From: an uncultured bacterium
GTDB taxonomy: Bacteria > Edwardsbacteria > AC1 > EtOH8
Assembly: GCA_963780225.1 (NCBI GenBank)
Contig: CAWAAX010000009.1
Span: 1-64,000, forward strand
Direction: 5' to 3'
Length of the DNA: 64,000 bases
Under the pieces are notes generated by a model that saw only the letters and a program-made list of their open reading frames with translations, did not search any database and was not told the DNA's origin. Position 1 is the first letter of the stretch, and each line of letters opens with the position of its first letter. Below, in pieces: positions 1 to 10,207 of this stretch. Made by a program: the position numbers and the translations under genes.

Positions 1-105
1 CTATTTCCCAACATTTGGTGTATAGTTAAATTTCTGTGATTCTTTGTATTGTCGGGAGACTGAGACCTAACAGAACAGATGTCCTAACCGTCTTATGAGG
101 GTAAA

Positions 106-636
106 ATGAAAACGCTAAGAAACATGCCCAAGGCTTTGAAGGCCGCCTTAAAGCTGGAGCATAAGGGCAGCGCCTTTTATCTTAAGATGTCCCAGAAGAC
201 AGGGAATATCCTGGCAAAAAAGCTCTACGACCAGCTGGCACTGCAGGAGGTGGAGCACATCGGGCGGATCAACGAAATCTACGCCGCCATCATCCAGGGC
301 CAACCCTGGCCGGTACCACCGGGGAAAAAGACGGGCTTTTTGGAAGCCGAGATCAAAAAGCTTTTCCTTAAACTTAACCGGGACGGGGTAAAGCTGAAGC
401 CGGACAATACCTCGGGGATGAAGGTGGCCATGGATATGGAATGGTACAGTTATAAGATGTACGAAAAACTTTGGAAGGAAGCGGTGGAAGGGCCGGAGAA
501 GGAATTCTTCAAACATCTGATGATAGAAGAGAACAAGCATTACGAGGCGCTTTCCAATGTCTATGCCTATATGACCAACAACGGCGACTGGCTGGAGCGC
601 TCGGAGAGCGAAACCTGGAACTGGATGAACTCATGA
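106..636 (+). CDS. Ferritin/rubrerythrin-family di-iron protein
   Basis: Two ExxxxxFY/xY...ExxH half-sites (ALKLEHKGSAFY...QEVEH; AMDMEWYSYKMY...EENKH). Confidence 0.85.
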   Translation: MKTLRNMPKALKAALKLEHKGSAFYLKMSQKTGNILAKKLYDQLALQEVEHIGRINEIYAAIIQGQPWPVPPGKKTGFLEAEIKKLFLKLNRDGVKLKPDNTSGMKVAMDMEWYSYKMYEKLWKEAVEGPEKEFFKHLMIEENKHYEALSNVYAYMTNNGDWLERSESETWNWMNS

Positions 637-637
637 G

Positions 638-703
638 CGATGGCGATACTATTGGCATACGATGGTGATACAATGGGAATGCGATCGTTGGACAACAGCA
701 GGA
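638..703. repeat. Tandem 11-bp imperfect repeat (CGATGGYGATA-type)
   Basis: cgatggcgata/ctattggcata/cgatggtgata/caatgggaatg/cgatcgttgga; same units recur at 11951-12112. Confidence 0.7.
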
Positions 704-714
704 ACACTTGGCAG

Positions 715-1800
715 CTACCTCTTCGCCAGCACGGTTCTTATCCGGCCCCATAGCTCTTTCCAGTTTTCCGACAGCCAGGCCAGGCCCAGCATGGCCGCGG
801 TCAGCAAAGCCACCCCCAGCAGCGACTGCCAGGGATCAAGCTCTAGTTTCAGGAAATACAGCGGCCGGCCGTAAACCAGGGTAATATGCACCCAGTATAT
901 CAACAGGGAGTGCCGCCCCAGCAGGCGCATCAACGAAAAACTCTGGGGCTTAAAGAAAAGGCAGAGCATAAAGCTGCCGGACAGGACCAGGAACTGGATC
1001 CCGATCCGGATGAAGGCGTATTCCGGGCTGTTGCGCCAGAAACTCCATCTGACTCCGTGAGGAACATGTTGGGCCCAGAGGTTGCCCCCGATGATCAAAA
1101 CCCAGGCCAGGGCGGCCAGCCCCAGGTTCAGGAAGATGCTTTTGTTCCGTTCCTGTTTGTATTCTGCGGTCAGCAGGCCTGCGGCGGCTCCGCCGAAGGC
1201 AAAGGCCAGCCAGGGGAATACCGGGAAATATCCGTAATCAAAACGTCGGCCCAGATACTCGCCCAACAGCCAGGGCAGGGATTGGACCATCCTGGAGCCC
1301 TGAACTAACGGAGTGAAGACGGCCAGGGCAGAGATGCCTGCCAGAAGCAGAACAAATCTCCAGCGGTTTGCCCGAACCGCCCAGAACAGCAGGCCCAGCA
1401 CCATCAAAGAAATCCCGATGATGTTGAGAATATCAACTTTGAATATTTTCTGCCACTGGTGCCACTCCGTCCATTGGATGAACTCCTGCAAACGGAATAA
1501 AATTGCCAGCCCCAGCACCTGGAGGCCGCGTTTGACCGAGAGCCAGAGTTTCCGGAGGGGATCAAACTTCTGCTTGTCCAGTTTGCCGTAACCCAGGACC
1601 ATGGCCAGCCCGGCCAGGAACAAAAAGGCCGGGGCGGGAAATCCGCCCAGCAGCTGGGATTTTCCGAAAAAAGGCGAAAGACGGTACTGGGGCGCCAGCC
1701 AGGCATCTATGGCGTGGGTCTGGATCATCAACAACACGGCCAGTCCCCGGGCCCAATCGACGTGAATCAGCCTGAATTTGGCAGAATCGTTTTTACTCAT
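715..1800 (-). CDS. DUF1624/HGSNAT-like multi-pass membrane acyltransferase
   Basis: N-terminal RLIHVDWARGLAVLLMIQTH, FLFLAG, YFPVFPW and GRHSLLIYWVH motifs; many TM helices; ATG at 1800 preferred. Confidence 0.8.
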   Translation of the reverse strand: MSKNDSAKFRLIHVDWARGLAVLLMIQTHAIDAWLAPQYRLSPFFGKSQLLGGFPAPAFLFLAGLAMVLGYGKLDKQKFDPLRKLWLSVKRGLQVLGLAILFRLQEFIQWTEWHQWQKIFKVDILNIIGISLMVLGLLFWAVRANRWRFVLLLAGISALAVFTPLVQGSRMVQSLPWLLGEYLGRRFDYGYFPVFPWLAFAFGGAAAGLLTAEYKQERNKSIFLNLGLAALAWVLIIGGNLWAQHVPHGVRWSFWRNSPEYAFIRIGIQFLVLSGSFMLCLFFKPQSFSLMRLLGRHSLLIYWVHITLVYGRPLYFLKLELDPWQSLLGVALLTAAMLGLAWLSENWKELWGRIRTVLAKR

Positions 1801-1870
1801 AGGCCCAATTATACCCAAACCGCATCAAACTGTCAAAATATTTCCGACCAAAAAAATAGGAGCAACAGCC

Positions 1871-2341
1871 ATGCAGGAACTGGCCGTAGAAAAAAGGAAG
1901 GTGCCGGTCACCATCCGCTGTATAGACTGCGAGGACATTAAAGGCGAGCTTTTCTTGAGTCTGTTCTCCAAGAACCACAGCGGTCCGGAGACGGCGCTGG
2001 AATTCATGAACAGTCCGGAGCGTTTCTTCGTGCTTCGGCTGGAAGCCGAACCCCCGGTCCGGATGATGAACAAGGACCGGATCGTGGAGATCGAGATCAG
2101 CGCCGAGGCCGAGCTGGACGGACAGGATCTTTCGGGAATGGGGGCCAAGGAGGAGCCGATGGAGGTTCATTTCAACAAACAACATTCCCTTAAAGGAAAC
2201 GCCTTTGTGGAACTGCCACCCGCCAAATCGCGGCTGATAGACTTCCTGAACCAGGACGAAAAGTTTTTTTTACTCCGGACCGGAGAAACGGTGCACATCA
2301 TTAACCGGTGGCAAATAAGCTTTGTAACCCCCAGGAGATGA
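1871..2341 (+). CDS. Hypothetical protein with two internal repeats (DUF6812-like), coupled to pilT
   Basis: AGGAG RBS before ATG 1871; two similar halves (IKGELFL..EFMNSPERFF..MNKDRI / LKGNAFV..DFLNQDEKFF..INRWQI). Confidence 0.65.
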   Translation: MQELAVEKRKVPVTIRCIDCEDIKGELFLSLFSKNHSGPETALEFMNSPERFFVLRLEAEPPVRMMNKDRIVEIEISAEAELDGQDLSGMGAKEEPMEVHFNKQHSLKGNAFVELPPAKSRLIDFLNQDEKFFLLRTGETVHIINRWQISFVTPRR

Positions 2342-2343
2342 AA

Positions 2344-3864
2344 ATGGCCAGAATAGACACTTTCTTTAAAGCCATGTCAGACTATCAGGCGGCGGAATTC
2401 CAGCTGAACAGCGAGGCCGAGCCCCAGTTCGTGATAGGCGGATCGCTGCAATCGGTCTCCAAACAGAAATTCTCCCGGCAGGAGGTGATGAGCCTGCTGT
2501 CCGAGATCATGCCGGAAAACATCCGGGAACAGCTGATGAGCCAGCCCACCGTGGACTTCAGTTACAAGTCCTCCCTGGGGGCGGACTATCAGGGAAAAGT
2601 GACCATGCAGGGCCAGCATCTTTCGGCCATTTTTGTTCCGGCTTCGGCCGTGGTAACGGAATCCTTTAGTCCCCCGGCGCCCCCGGCGGTTCCCGCCGCT
2701 CCTCCCCCGGCTCCGGCCCAGGTGTTGCCGGCGTCTCAACAGGAATCCAAATATGCCAAGGTTTACCGGGAAGCCGAGATCGACAAACTGCTGAAACTGC
2801 TGGTGGAGCGCAAGGGCTCGGATCTGCACCTGTCCAGCGGGGAAAAGCCGATTTTCCGGATCGACGGGGACATCAAGAGGATGGATGAATTCCCGGTGAC
2901 CACCCCGGCCGCAGCCGAGAGGATGCTGTACCAGATAATGGACAAGCGCTACCGTGATGATTTCGAGAACGACAACGACACCGACTTTGCCTACGAGATC
3001 CCCGCAGTGGCCCGTTTTAGGGTGAACATATTTCTGGACCGCAAGGGCATGGGCGGGGTGTTCCGGGTGATCCCCACCAAGGTGGTGACGGTTGAGGACC
3101 TGAACATTTCCATGGCCATCCAGAACCTGTGCAACCTCAACAAGGGGCTGGTGCTGGTGACCGGGCCCACCGGATCGGGAAAGTCCACCACCCTTTGCGC
3201 TTTGGTGGACCTGGTAAACCGCAGCCGGGCCGGGCACGTCATCACCCTGGAGGACCCAATAGAGTTCGTGCACGAGAACAAGAAATGCCTGATCAACCAG
3301 CGGGAGGTGGGTCCCCATACCGCTTCCTTTAAGAACGCCCTGCGGGCGGCCTTGCGCGAGGACCCCAACATAGTGCTGGTGGGCGAGATGCGCGACCTGG
3401 AGACCGTCTCCATCGCCATCGAGACCGCCGAAACCGGACACCTGGTCTTTGGCACCCTGCACACTTCCACCGCCGCCTCCACTGTGGACCGGGTGATAGA
3501 ACAGTTCCCGGCCGACCGCCAGGAGCAGATCCGGATCATGCTGTCGGAATCGCTTAAAGGTGTGATCTCCCAAACCCTGTGCAAGAAGATCGGCGGCGGC
3601 CGGATAGCCGCCATGGAGATCCTTTTAGGAATCCCGGCGGTCTCCAACCTGATCCGGGAATCCAAGACCTACCAGCTGCCCTCCATCATCCAGACCAACC
3701 GCAAGATGGGAATGGTCAGCCTGAATGAGTCATTGATGGAGCTGGTGAATCTGAAGAAAGTGGAGGCCAGGGAGGCCTACATGAAGGCGCTGGACAAGCC
3801 GGATATCCTGAACCAGCTCAAACGCGACGGGCACAGTACAGCCTTCATCGATGATGTGAAATAA
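2344..3864 (+). CDS. pilT: Type IV pilus retraction ATPase PilT with extra N-terminal domain and Pro/Ala linker
   Basis: GSDLHLS, Walker A GPTGSGKST, ITLEDPIE, ALREDP, VGEMRD, GHLVFGTLH, AVSNLIRE. Confidence 0.93.
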   Translation: MARIDTFFKAMSDYQAAEFQLNSEAEPQFVIGGSLQSVSKQKFSRQEVMSLLSEIMPENIREQLMSQPTVDFSYKSSLGADYQGKVTMQGQHLSAIFVPASAVVTESFSPPAPPAVPAAPPPAPAQVLPASQQESKYAKVYREAEIDKLLKLLVERKGSDLHLSSGEKPIFRIDGDIKRMDEFPVTTPAAAERMLYQIMDKRYRDDFENDNDTDFAYEIPAVARFRVNIFLDRKGMGGVFRVIPTKVVTVEDLNISMAIQNLCNLNKGLVLVTGPTGSGKSTTLCALVDLVNRSRAGHVITLEDPIEFVHENKKCLINQREVGPHTASFKNALRAALREDPNIVLVGEMRDLETVSIAIETAETGHLVFGTLHTSTAASTVDRVIEQFPADRQEQIRIMLSESLKGVISQTLCKKIGGGRIAAMEILLGIPAVSNLIRESKTYQLPSIIQTNRKMGMVSLNESLMELVNLKKVEAREAYMKALDKPDILNQLKRDGHSTAFIDDVK

Positions 3865-3885
3865 ACACCCCATTTTTTGCTCAGC

Positions 3886-3915
3886 TTTTATAAGGAAACC
3901 AGGAATACAGGAATA
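3886..3915. repeat. 8-bp-period element (AAGGAAAC-CAGGAATA-CAGGAATA), left arm
   Basis: 29/30 identical to 19375-19404; inverse copy at about 31724-31752. Confidence 0.75.
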
Positions 3916-4127
3916 ATAAACCGTAGAAAATCTTGGTTAATTCAGACATACCAGGTTTCCGATTCAAGCCATTTCGGTTGTTCTCTGAGGTCGCATAAAA
4001 CAATATCAAAGCCGCAGCCAAGACACCCCGGGTCTTCCGGGGCCTTGGCCTTTCGGCGTTTGCTTGAAATGATCTTTCCGGGATATGGTATAACCATAAG
4101 ATACAAAAACATTCCATAAGGAGGCCG

Positions 4128-5111
4128 ATGCCGCAAATCGTGGTCGAAAAAATGATCAAAACCTTTCAGGTGGCTGAACGGTCAACCGGTTTCATGGGAG
4201 CCGTGAAAGGATTGATCCACAGAAGATATCGGACAGTCAAGGCACTTGACGGAATTGATTTTTCCCTGGACGAAGGAGAATTGGTGGGATTCATCGGCCC
4301 CAATGGAGCGGGGAAAAGCACCACCGTTAAGGTCCTTTCAGGCATCATGGTGCCGGATTCCGGCCGGGTGGAGGTGATGGGGCGCATTCCCTGGAAAGAG
4401 AGGATCGAGTCAGTGCGACACATCGGCGTGGTGTTCGGCCAGCGGACCCAGCTTTGGTGGGACCTGCCGGTGATAGAGTCATACCAGCTGCTGAAGGACA
4501 TCTACCGTATCCCCGATCGCCAATATAAACATCAGTTGGCCGGGTCGGTGGAACTGCTGGGCCTGAAAAGCCTGCTGGATGTACCGGTGCGGCAGCTTTC
4601 GCTGGGGCAGCGGATGAAATGCGACCTGGCGGCGGTATTGCTGCATTCTCCCAAAATACTGTACCTGGATGAACCGACCATCGGCCTGGATGCCGTCAGC
4701 AAGCTGGCCATCCGCGACATCATCGGACGGATCAACCGCGAACAGGGCGTGACGGTCGTCCTGACAACCCACGACATGGACGACATCGAAACCTTGTGCC
4801 GGCGGGTGATCGTCATCAACCAGGGCAAGATATTCATGGACGGCACCCTGCAACAGCTGCGGTCGCTGGTAACCACCGAAAGGCGGCTGATAGTGGACAT
4901 GGAAGACGCCGGAGCGGTGGTGAGCGATCCCGATGCCGAGCTGATAAAACGCGAAGGCCACCGGGTGTGGCTGCGGTTCGATCCGGAGCGGGTTGCGATC
5001 ACGGAACTGATCAACCGGATCGCCGGGGCGCACCAGATCCGCGATCTCTTTGTGGAAAACCCGCCGATCGAGGAGATCATCGCCAAATTATATGGCAGGG
5101 CGGCGCAATGA
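4128..5111 (+). CDS. ABC transporter ATP-binding protein
   Basis: GPNGAGKST, VFGQRTQLWWDLP, LSLGQRM, LDEPTIGLD, TTHDMDDIE; GGAGG RBS. Confidence 0.95.
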   Translation: MPQIVVEKMIKTFQVAERSTGFMGAVKGLIHRRYRTVKALDGIDFSLDEGELVGFIGPNGAGKSTTVKVLSGIMVPDSGRVEVMGRIPWKERIESVRHIGVVFGQRTQLWWDLPVIESYQLLKDIYRIPDRQYKHQLAGSVELLGLKSLLDVPVRQLSLGQRMKCDLAAVLLHSPKILYLDEPTIGLDAVSKLAIRDIIGRINREQGVTVVLTTHDMDDIETLCRRVIVINQGKIFMDGTLQQLRSLVTTERRLIVDMEDAGAVVSDPDAELIKREGHRVWLRFDPERVAITELINRIAGAHQIRDLFVENPPIEEIIAKLYGRAAQ

Positions 5112-5899
5112 AACCATACTGGGCCGTCTTTAAAACCCGCTGTGCGGTGATGCTTCAGTACCGGACGGCGGCCGTCGCCGGCTTTTGCACCCAGCTTTTC
5201 TGGGGGCTGATCCTGGTAATGCTTTACCAGGCTTTGTACCAATCCTCATCGGGGCCCAAACCGATGACCCTGCCGCAGGTTATAAGTTACATCTGGCTGG
5301 GGCAGGCCATGTTGCTGGTGCTGCCGTGGTCAAACGACCGGGACGTGATGCAGATGATCCGGGACGGCGGGGTGGGGTACGAGTTGATAAGACCGGTCAG
5401 GCTGTACGGGATGTGGTACGCCAGGTTCCTGGCCACCAAGCTGGTGCCCATGACCATGCGCTCCATTCCCATATTCCTGATCGCCATCCCGTTCCTGGGG
5501 CTGCAGTCCCCGGCCTCGGCCCCCGCTGCCATGGCGTTTGCCATCGCTATGCTGTTCGGCATAATGCTCAGCACGTCGATCGTGGTCTGCATGAATATCC
5601 TGTTCTTCTGGACCGTTTCGGGCGAGGGGCTTTCCCAGCTGCTGATGGTCTTCACCTTTCTCTTTTCCGGCACCTACATTCCGCTGCCGCTGCTGCCGGA
5701 CTGGTCCCAGCCCCTCATCAGTTTCCTGCCCTTCCGGGGACTGATGGACATTCCCTTCCGGCTTTACCTGGGGCAATTGCCGGTCAGCCAGTTGCCGCGC
5801 CTGATGCAGGGGCAGTGTCTGTGGATCATCTTTTTCGTCCTGGCCGGGCACCTGCTGCTCCGGCGGGGCTTGAAATTAGTTGTCATCCAGGGAGGATAA
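5108..5899 (+). CDS. ABC-2 family permease (DUF990-type)
   Basis: ATGA overlap with the ATPase; LQYR, YIWLGQ, IRDGGVGYELIRP, FSGTYIPL motifs. Confidence 0.88.
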   Translation: MKPYWAVFKTRCAVMLQYRTAAVAGFCTQLFWGLILVMLYQALYQSSSGPKPMTLPQVISYIWLGQAMLLVLPWSNDRDVMQMIRDGGVGYELIRPVRLYGMWYARFLATKLVPMTMRSIPIFLIAIPFLGLQSPASAPAAMAFAIAMLFGIMLSTSIVVCMNILFFWTVSGEGLSQLLMVFTFLFSGTYIPLPLLPDWSQPLISFLPFRGLMDIPFRLYLGQLPVSQLPRLMQGQCLWIIFFVLAGHLLLRRGLKLVVIQGG

Positions 5900-5900
5900 A

Positions 5901-6707
5901 ATGACCAATGCAATAAAATTGTGGGGCCAGTATGCAAGGCAGGCCGTGCGGAGCCAGCTGCAATACCGGGCGTCGTTCATCATGCGGGTATTCGGGCAAT
6001 TGGTGCTGCATGCGCTGGAAGCGGTGGTCATCTTGGCGCTGTTTGACCGGTTCGGCTCGATCCGGGGATGGCGCCTGCCGGAAGTATTGCTGTTTTACGG
6101 GATCGCCCATATTTCATTTGCCCTGGCCGAGGGAACGGCCCGGGGGTTTGATATGTTTCCCCGCCTGGTCAAATCAGGCGATTTCGACATCCTGCTGCTG
6201 CGTCCCCGCAGCACGGCGCTGCAGGTGGCGGTCAGTGATTTCCAACTGCTGCGGCTGGGCCGGCTGGCCCAGGGAACGGCAGTATTGGCCTGGGGACTGC
6301 TGACGGTCAATATAGGCTGGCACTGGCACCATCTGCTGATACTGCTGTCAGCATTGACCGGGGCCACCTGCATGTTCTACGCGCTGTTTGTTTTTCAGGC
6401 CACGGCATCATTCTGGACGGTGGAATCACTGGAGGTGATGAACATGTTCACCTATGGCGGGGTGCAGACCACCCAGTATCCGCTGGAGATCTACCAAAAA
6501 TGGTTCCAGCGTTTCTTCGTCTTCATCATCCCCCTGGGATGCGTCACCTACCTGCCGGTGGTGGCGCTACTGGGCCGGGAGGATGCTATATTCCACAGTC
6601 CGGTATGGCTGCAAACCATAGCGCCGGTCATGGGAGTACTGTTCCTGTTGGCTTCGCTGTATCTCTGGGAATTCGGGGTGCGGCACTACCGGTCGACCGG
6701 CAGCTGA
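5901..6707 (+). CDS. ABC-2 family permease (DUF990-type)
   Basis: GGAGG RBS; QLQYRASF, GDFDILLLRP, QYPLEIY, C-terminal YRSTGS. Confidence 0.9.
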   Translation: MTNAIKLWGQYARQAVRSQLQYRASFIMRVFGQLVLHALEAVVILALFDRFGSIRGWRLPEVLLFYGIAHISFALAEGTARGFDMFPRLVKSGDFDILLLRPRSTALQVAVSDFQLLRLGRLAQGTAVLAWGLLTVNIGWHWHHLLILLSALTGATCMFYALFVFQATASFWTVESLEVMNMFTYGGVQTTQYPLEIYQKWFQRFFVFIIPLGCVTYLPVVALLGREDAIFHSPVWLQTIAPVMGVLFLLASLYLWEFGVRHYRSTGS

Positions 6708-6768
6708 GGGATGCTGAGCCGCGCAAAAAACACCAAACACAACAACCTTCAATCCAAAAGATATTATC

Positions 6769-9700
6769 ATGTTCTGGCAAACCATATCCCAATCAGTCAA
6801 TCAAAGCGCTTCCTTCAAAAAGCTGTTTCAGCTGCTGCCTTCAGACCGCTCCAGCCTGGGCCTGACCGGGCCGGCCGAGACCGGCAAGGCGCTGATAGTC
6901 TGCAGTCTTTTAGAAAGGGCGGAGCATCCCCTTTTATGGCTGCTGCCCACCGAGGAGGAGGCCGAGCGCCAGCGGGACAACCTTACTGCCCTGCTGGGCG
7001 AGGGTCTGATAAAACACTGGGCGGCCTGGGACGTGATGCCGGGCGAGGAACGGGAGCCGGACCTGGAACTGCTGGGCAGCCGGATCGAATCGCTGGAGCA
7101 TCTTTTCACCGGCTCCCGGGGGGTGGTGATCAGTTCCGCCCGGGCTTTGATGCAGAAAACAATGGCGGCCCACGATTTCAACAGCGGCCGGCTGGATCTG
7201 TCGCTGGGCCAGAAGCTGGACCGGGATGACCTGATCTCCAAACTTGTGGCCGGAGGCTACGAAAGACAGCCGGCGGTCTCGGGTTTCGGCGAGTACGCGG
7301 TGCGGGGCAGCATCATCGACGTGGCCACCCTGGGCAACAGCCAGCCCCTTAGGCTGGAGATATCGGACGAGACGCTGGCCTCGATGCGGACCTTCGGGCT
7401 TTCCGACCAGCTTTCCACCCATAAACTGGACAAGGCAAAGATACTGCCCTGCCGGGAGGACCTGAACCGGGCGGTGCTGCTGCTGGACCACTTCCCCAAA
7501 GACTCCCTGCTATTGTGGGACGAGCCCCAGGAAGTGGGAATGGAGTGGAGGCAGGAGGCCGAGGAGGTGCTTGATTTCGGGGCCGACGAAAGGTTCTCCG
7601 AGCCCAGGGAGCTCACCGCCCGGCTGGAGGAGCACAGCCGGATCATCATGACCTCGGGCGCGGGTTTTGGCAGTTTTGAGGGAGCCGAGCCGGCCAACCA
7701 GGTCAAAATATCCATCGGCCCGGTGGAGCCCTTCATGTCCAACCTGGAACTGCTGGAGCAAAAGCTTAACAAGCTGGAGGCCGAAAGCTTCGCCACCCAC
7801 CTGCTATGCGACAATTCCGGACAGCAGGGGCGGCTGAAGGAGATATTAAGCCCGGAGGCTTTGGCCAAGGTCCAGGGGGTGGAGGTAGCCGGGCTGCATG
7901 CCGGGTTCATCTTCCCCGAGGGGAAGATCTGCGCCATCACCGAACGGGAGATCTTCGCCCGGGAGCGCCACCGCCGCTTCCGCCGCTTCTTCAAGGGCGG
8001 CAGCGCCATCCGCAGCCTGGACGCCCTGAAGTCCGGGGATTACATGGTGCACGTGGACTACGGCATCTGCCAGTACAAGGGACTGGTGGACCTGGAGCTG
8101 AACGGGCAGAAGACGGAATGCCTGCTGCTGTTCTTTAGGGACAACGACAAGCTCTACGTTCCCATCGAGCACATGAAGCGGGTGCAGCGCTATTCCTCCG
8201 AGGAAGGCTTTGTGCCGGTGCTCTCCAAGCTGGGATCAAAAGCCTGGGAGGAGACCAAGGCCCGGGTCAAAAAAGCGGCCAAGGACATGGCCGGGGAGCT
8301 GGTGGCCCTGTACGCCCTGCGGAAATCCCAGGCCGGCCACCGCTTCTCGGAGGACACCCAGTGGCAGAAGGAGCTGGAGGCCTCATTCATGTACCAGGAG
8401 ACCCCGGACCAGCTGAGGGCCATTGCCGAGATCAAGACAGACATGGAATCCGACAAGCCCATGGACCGGCTGCTGTGCGGCGACGTGGGCTACGGCAAGA
8501 CCGAGGTGGCCCTGCGGGCGGCCTTCAAGGCGGCCATGGACAACAAGCAGGTGGCAGTGCTGGTTCCCACCACCGTGCTCTGCGAACAGCATTACCAGAC
8601 CTTCAAGGAACGGCTGGCCGACTACCCGGTCAAGGTGGAGATGCTGTCGCGCTTCCGCCGTCCGGCCGACATCAAAGAAGCGGTCAAGGCCATCGGGGCC
8701 GGGGGGGTGGACATCGCCATCGGCACCCACCGCCTGCTGCAGAAGGACGTCAAGTTCAAGAACCTGGGCCTGCTGGTGGTGGACGAGGAACAGCGGTTCG
8801 GGGTGGCCCACAAGGAGAAGATAAAGCAGTTCTGCCAGAACGTGGATGTGCTGACCATGACCGCTACCCCCATTCCCCGCACTTTGCACATGTCACTTCT
8901 CGGCGTGCGGGACATCTCCAACATCGAGACCCCGCCCAAGGACCGGCTGGCGGTGGTGACCGAGATGATGCCCTGGAACGAGGCCCGGATCAAGGAGGCG
9001 ATCTTAAGGGAGCTGGACCGGGGCGGACAGGTGTTCTTCCTGCACAACCGGGTGCAGTCGATAGGGGCCATGACCGCCCTGCTGTCGCGCTTGCTGCCGG
9101 CGGCCGAGATCGCCTACGCCCACGGCCAGATGGACGAGCGGGAACTGGAGAGCGTGATGCTGGCCTTTACCGCCCGGCGCTACGACGTGCTGGTGGCCAC
9201 CACCATCATCGAATCCGGGCTGGACATGCCCAACGTCAACACCATCATCATCAACCGGGCCGACCGCTTCGGGCTGGCCCAGCTTTACCAGCTGCGGGGC
9301 CGGGTGGGCCGCTCCAGCAAGCGGGCCTACGCCTACATGCTGGTGCCCAAGGGCGGCAAGATGACCGACATCGCTCGCAAGCGCTTGAGGATCATCGAGG
9401 AACTTTCCGAGCTGGGCTCCGGCTTCCAACTGGCTCTGCGGGATCTGGAGATCCGGGGGGCGGGGAACCTTTTGGGCCGGGAACAGAACGGGCACATGCT
9501 TTCGGTGGGCTTTGACATGTACTGCCAGCTGCTGGAGGAGGCGGTGCGGGAGCTGAAGGGCCTGCCGGCCATCTCCCAGATCAACGTCACCATAGAGATC
9601 GAGGGCCAGGCCATCATCCCCGCCGACTATGTGGAAGAACCCAATGAGAGGATCAACCTCTACCGCCGGCTAAACAAGGCCGCCGATCTGGCCGGGATAG

Positions 9701-10008
9701 AACGGATAGCCGGGGAGCTTAAGGACCGGTTCGGCGAACCACCCGGTCCGGCCCAAAGGCTGCTGATAGTGGCCAGGCTGAGATTGGCTGCGGCCAGCCT
9801 GGGGGCCGACCGTCTGGTGTGGAGGAACAACACCATTGAATGGTGGTGGCCCGAGGACCGGGACCCGGCCCGGGAACTGCTGGAAAAGGTGGTTTCAAAG
9901 GTGAACCTGCCGCTGGAGTTCGTTTCCGGAAAGAGGTTCATGGTGAAGATGGCGCTGGGGAAGGATTGCGACATGGGGGCTTTGGCCAAAGTGATGTTCA
10001 AGGGTTGA
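6769..10008 (+). CDS. mfd: Transcription-repair coupling factor Mfd
   Basis: CarD-like VHVDYGI, ETPDQ, MDRLLCGDVGYGKTEVA, DEEQRFGV, TATPIPRT, QLRGRVGRS, TRCF C-terminal domain. Confidence 0.97.
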   Translation: MFWQTISQSVNQSASFKKLFQLLPSDRSSLGLTGPAETGKALIVCSLLERAEHPLLWLLPTEEEAERQRDNLTALLGEGLIKHWAAWDVMPGEEREPDLELLGSRIESLEHLFTGSRGVVISSARALMQKTMAAHDFNSGRLDLSLGQKLDRDDLISKLVAGGYERQPAVSGFGEYAVRGSIIDVATLGNSQPLRLEISDETLASMRTFGLSDQLSTHKLDKAKILPCREDLNRAVLLLDHFPKDSLLLWDEPQEVGMEWRQEAEEVLDFGADERFSEPRELTARLEEHSRIIMTSGAGFGSFEGAEPANQVKISIGPVEPFMSNLELLEQKLNKLEAESFATHLLCDNSGQQGRLKEILSPEALAKVQGVEVAGLHAGFIFPEGKICAITEREIFARERHRRFRRFFKGGSAIRSLDALKSGDYMVHVDYGICQYKGLVDLELNGQKTECLLLFFRDNDKLYVPIEHMKRVQRYSSEEGFVPVLSKLGSKAWEETKARVKKAAKDMAGELVALYALRKSQAGHRFSEDTQWQKELEASFMYQETPDQLRAIAEIKTDMESDKPMDRLLCGDVGYGKTEVALRAAFKAAMDNKQVAVLVPTTVLCEQHYQTFKERLADYPVKVEMLSRFRRPADIKEAVKAIGAGGVDIAIGTHRLLQKDVKFKNLGLLVVDEEQRFGVAHKEKIKQFCQNVDVLTMTATPIPRTLHMSLLGVRDISNIETPPKDRLAVVTEMMPWNEARIKEAILRELDRGGQVFFLHNRVQSIGAMTALLSRLLPAAEIAYAHGQMDERELESVMLAFTARRYDVLVATTIIESGLDMPNVNTIIINRADRFGLAQLYQLRGRVGRSSKRAYAYMLVPKGGKMTDIARKRLRIIEELSELGSGFQLALRDLEIRGAGNLLGREQNGHMLSVGFDMYCQLLEEAVRELKGLPAISQINVTIEIEGQAIIPADYVEEPNERINLYRRLNKAADLAGIERIAGELKDRFGEPPGPAQRLLIVARLRLAAASLGADRLVWRNNTIEWWWPEDRDPARELLEKVVSKVNLPLEFVSGKRFMVKMALGKDCDMGALAKVMFKG

Positions 10009-10033
10009 CAAAAGACCTTTTAATGTATATATT
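10005..10033 (+). promoter_or_regulatory. Sigma70-type promoter for mcsA-mcsB
   Basis: TTGACA-17 bp-TATATT. Confidence 0.6.
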
Positions 10034-10054
10034 TATCATATAGCCCGGCATGGG

Positions 10055-10193
10055 GAAATACTAAATCCCAAACCCTAAATCCTAAACAAACAACAAATAA
10101 CGAAATACTAATTTCTAAATAGTTTCGGGGTCTTTGGATTTGGAAATTTGTTTAGTCCGCCTAAGGCGGATTAGGATTTAGATATTAGAAATT
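10055..10193. repeat. 7-bp-period palindromic element (CTAAATC..GATTTAG) with nested TCCGCC-taa-GGCGGA hairpin
   Basis: Heptad arms, CTAAACAA...TTGTTTAG, central AAATAGTTT; 15-bp insert at 10156-10170 flanked by TTAG on both sides. Confidence 0.8.
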
Positions 10194-10207
10194 ACAAGGT
10201 TCCAGTT

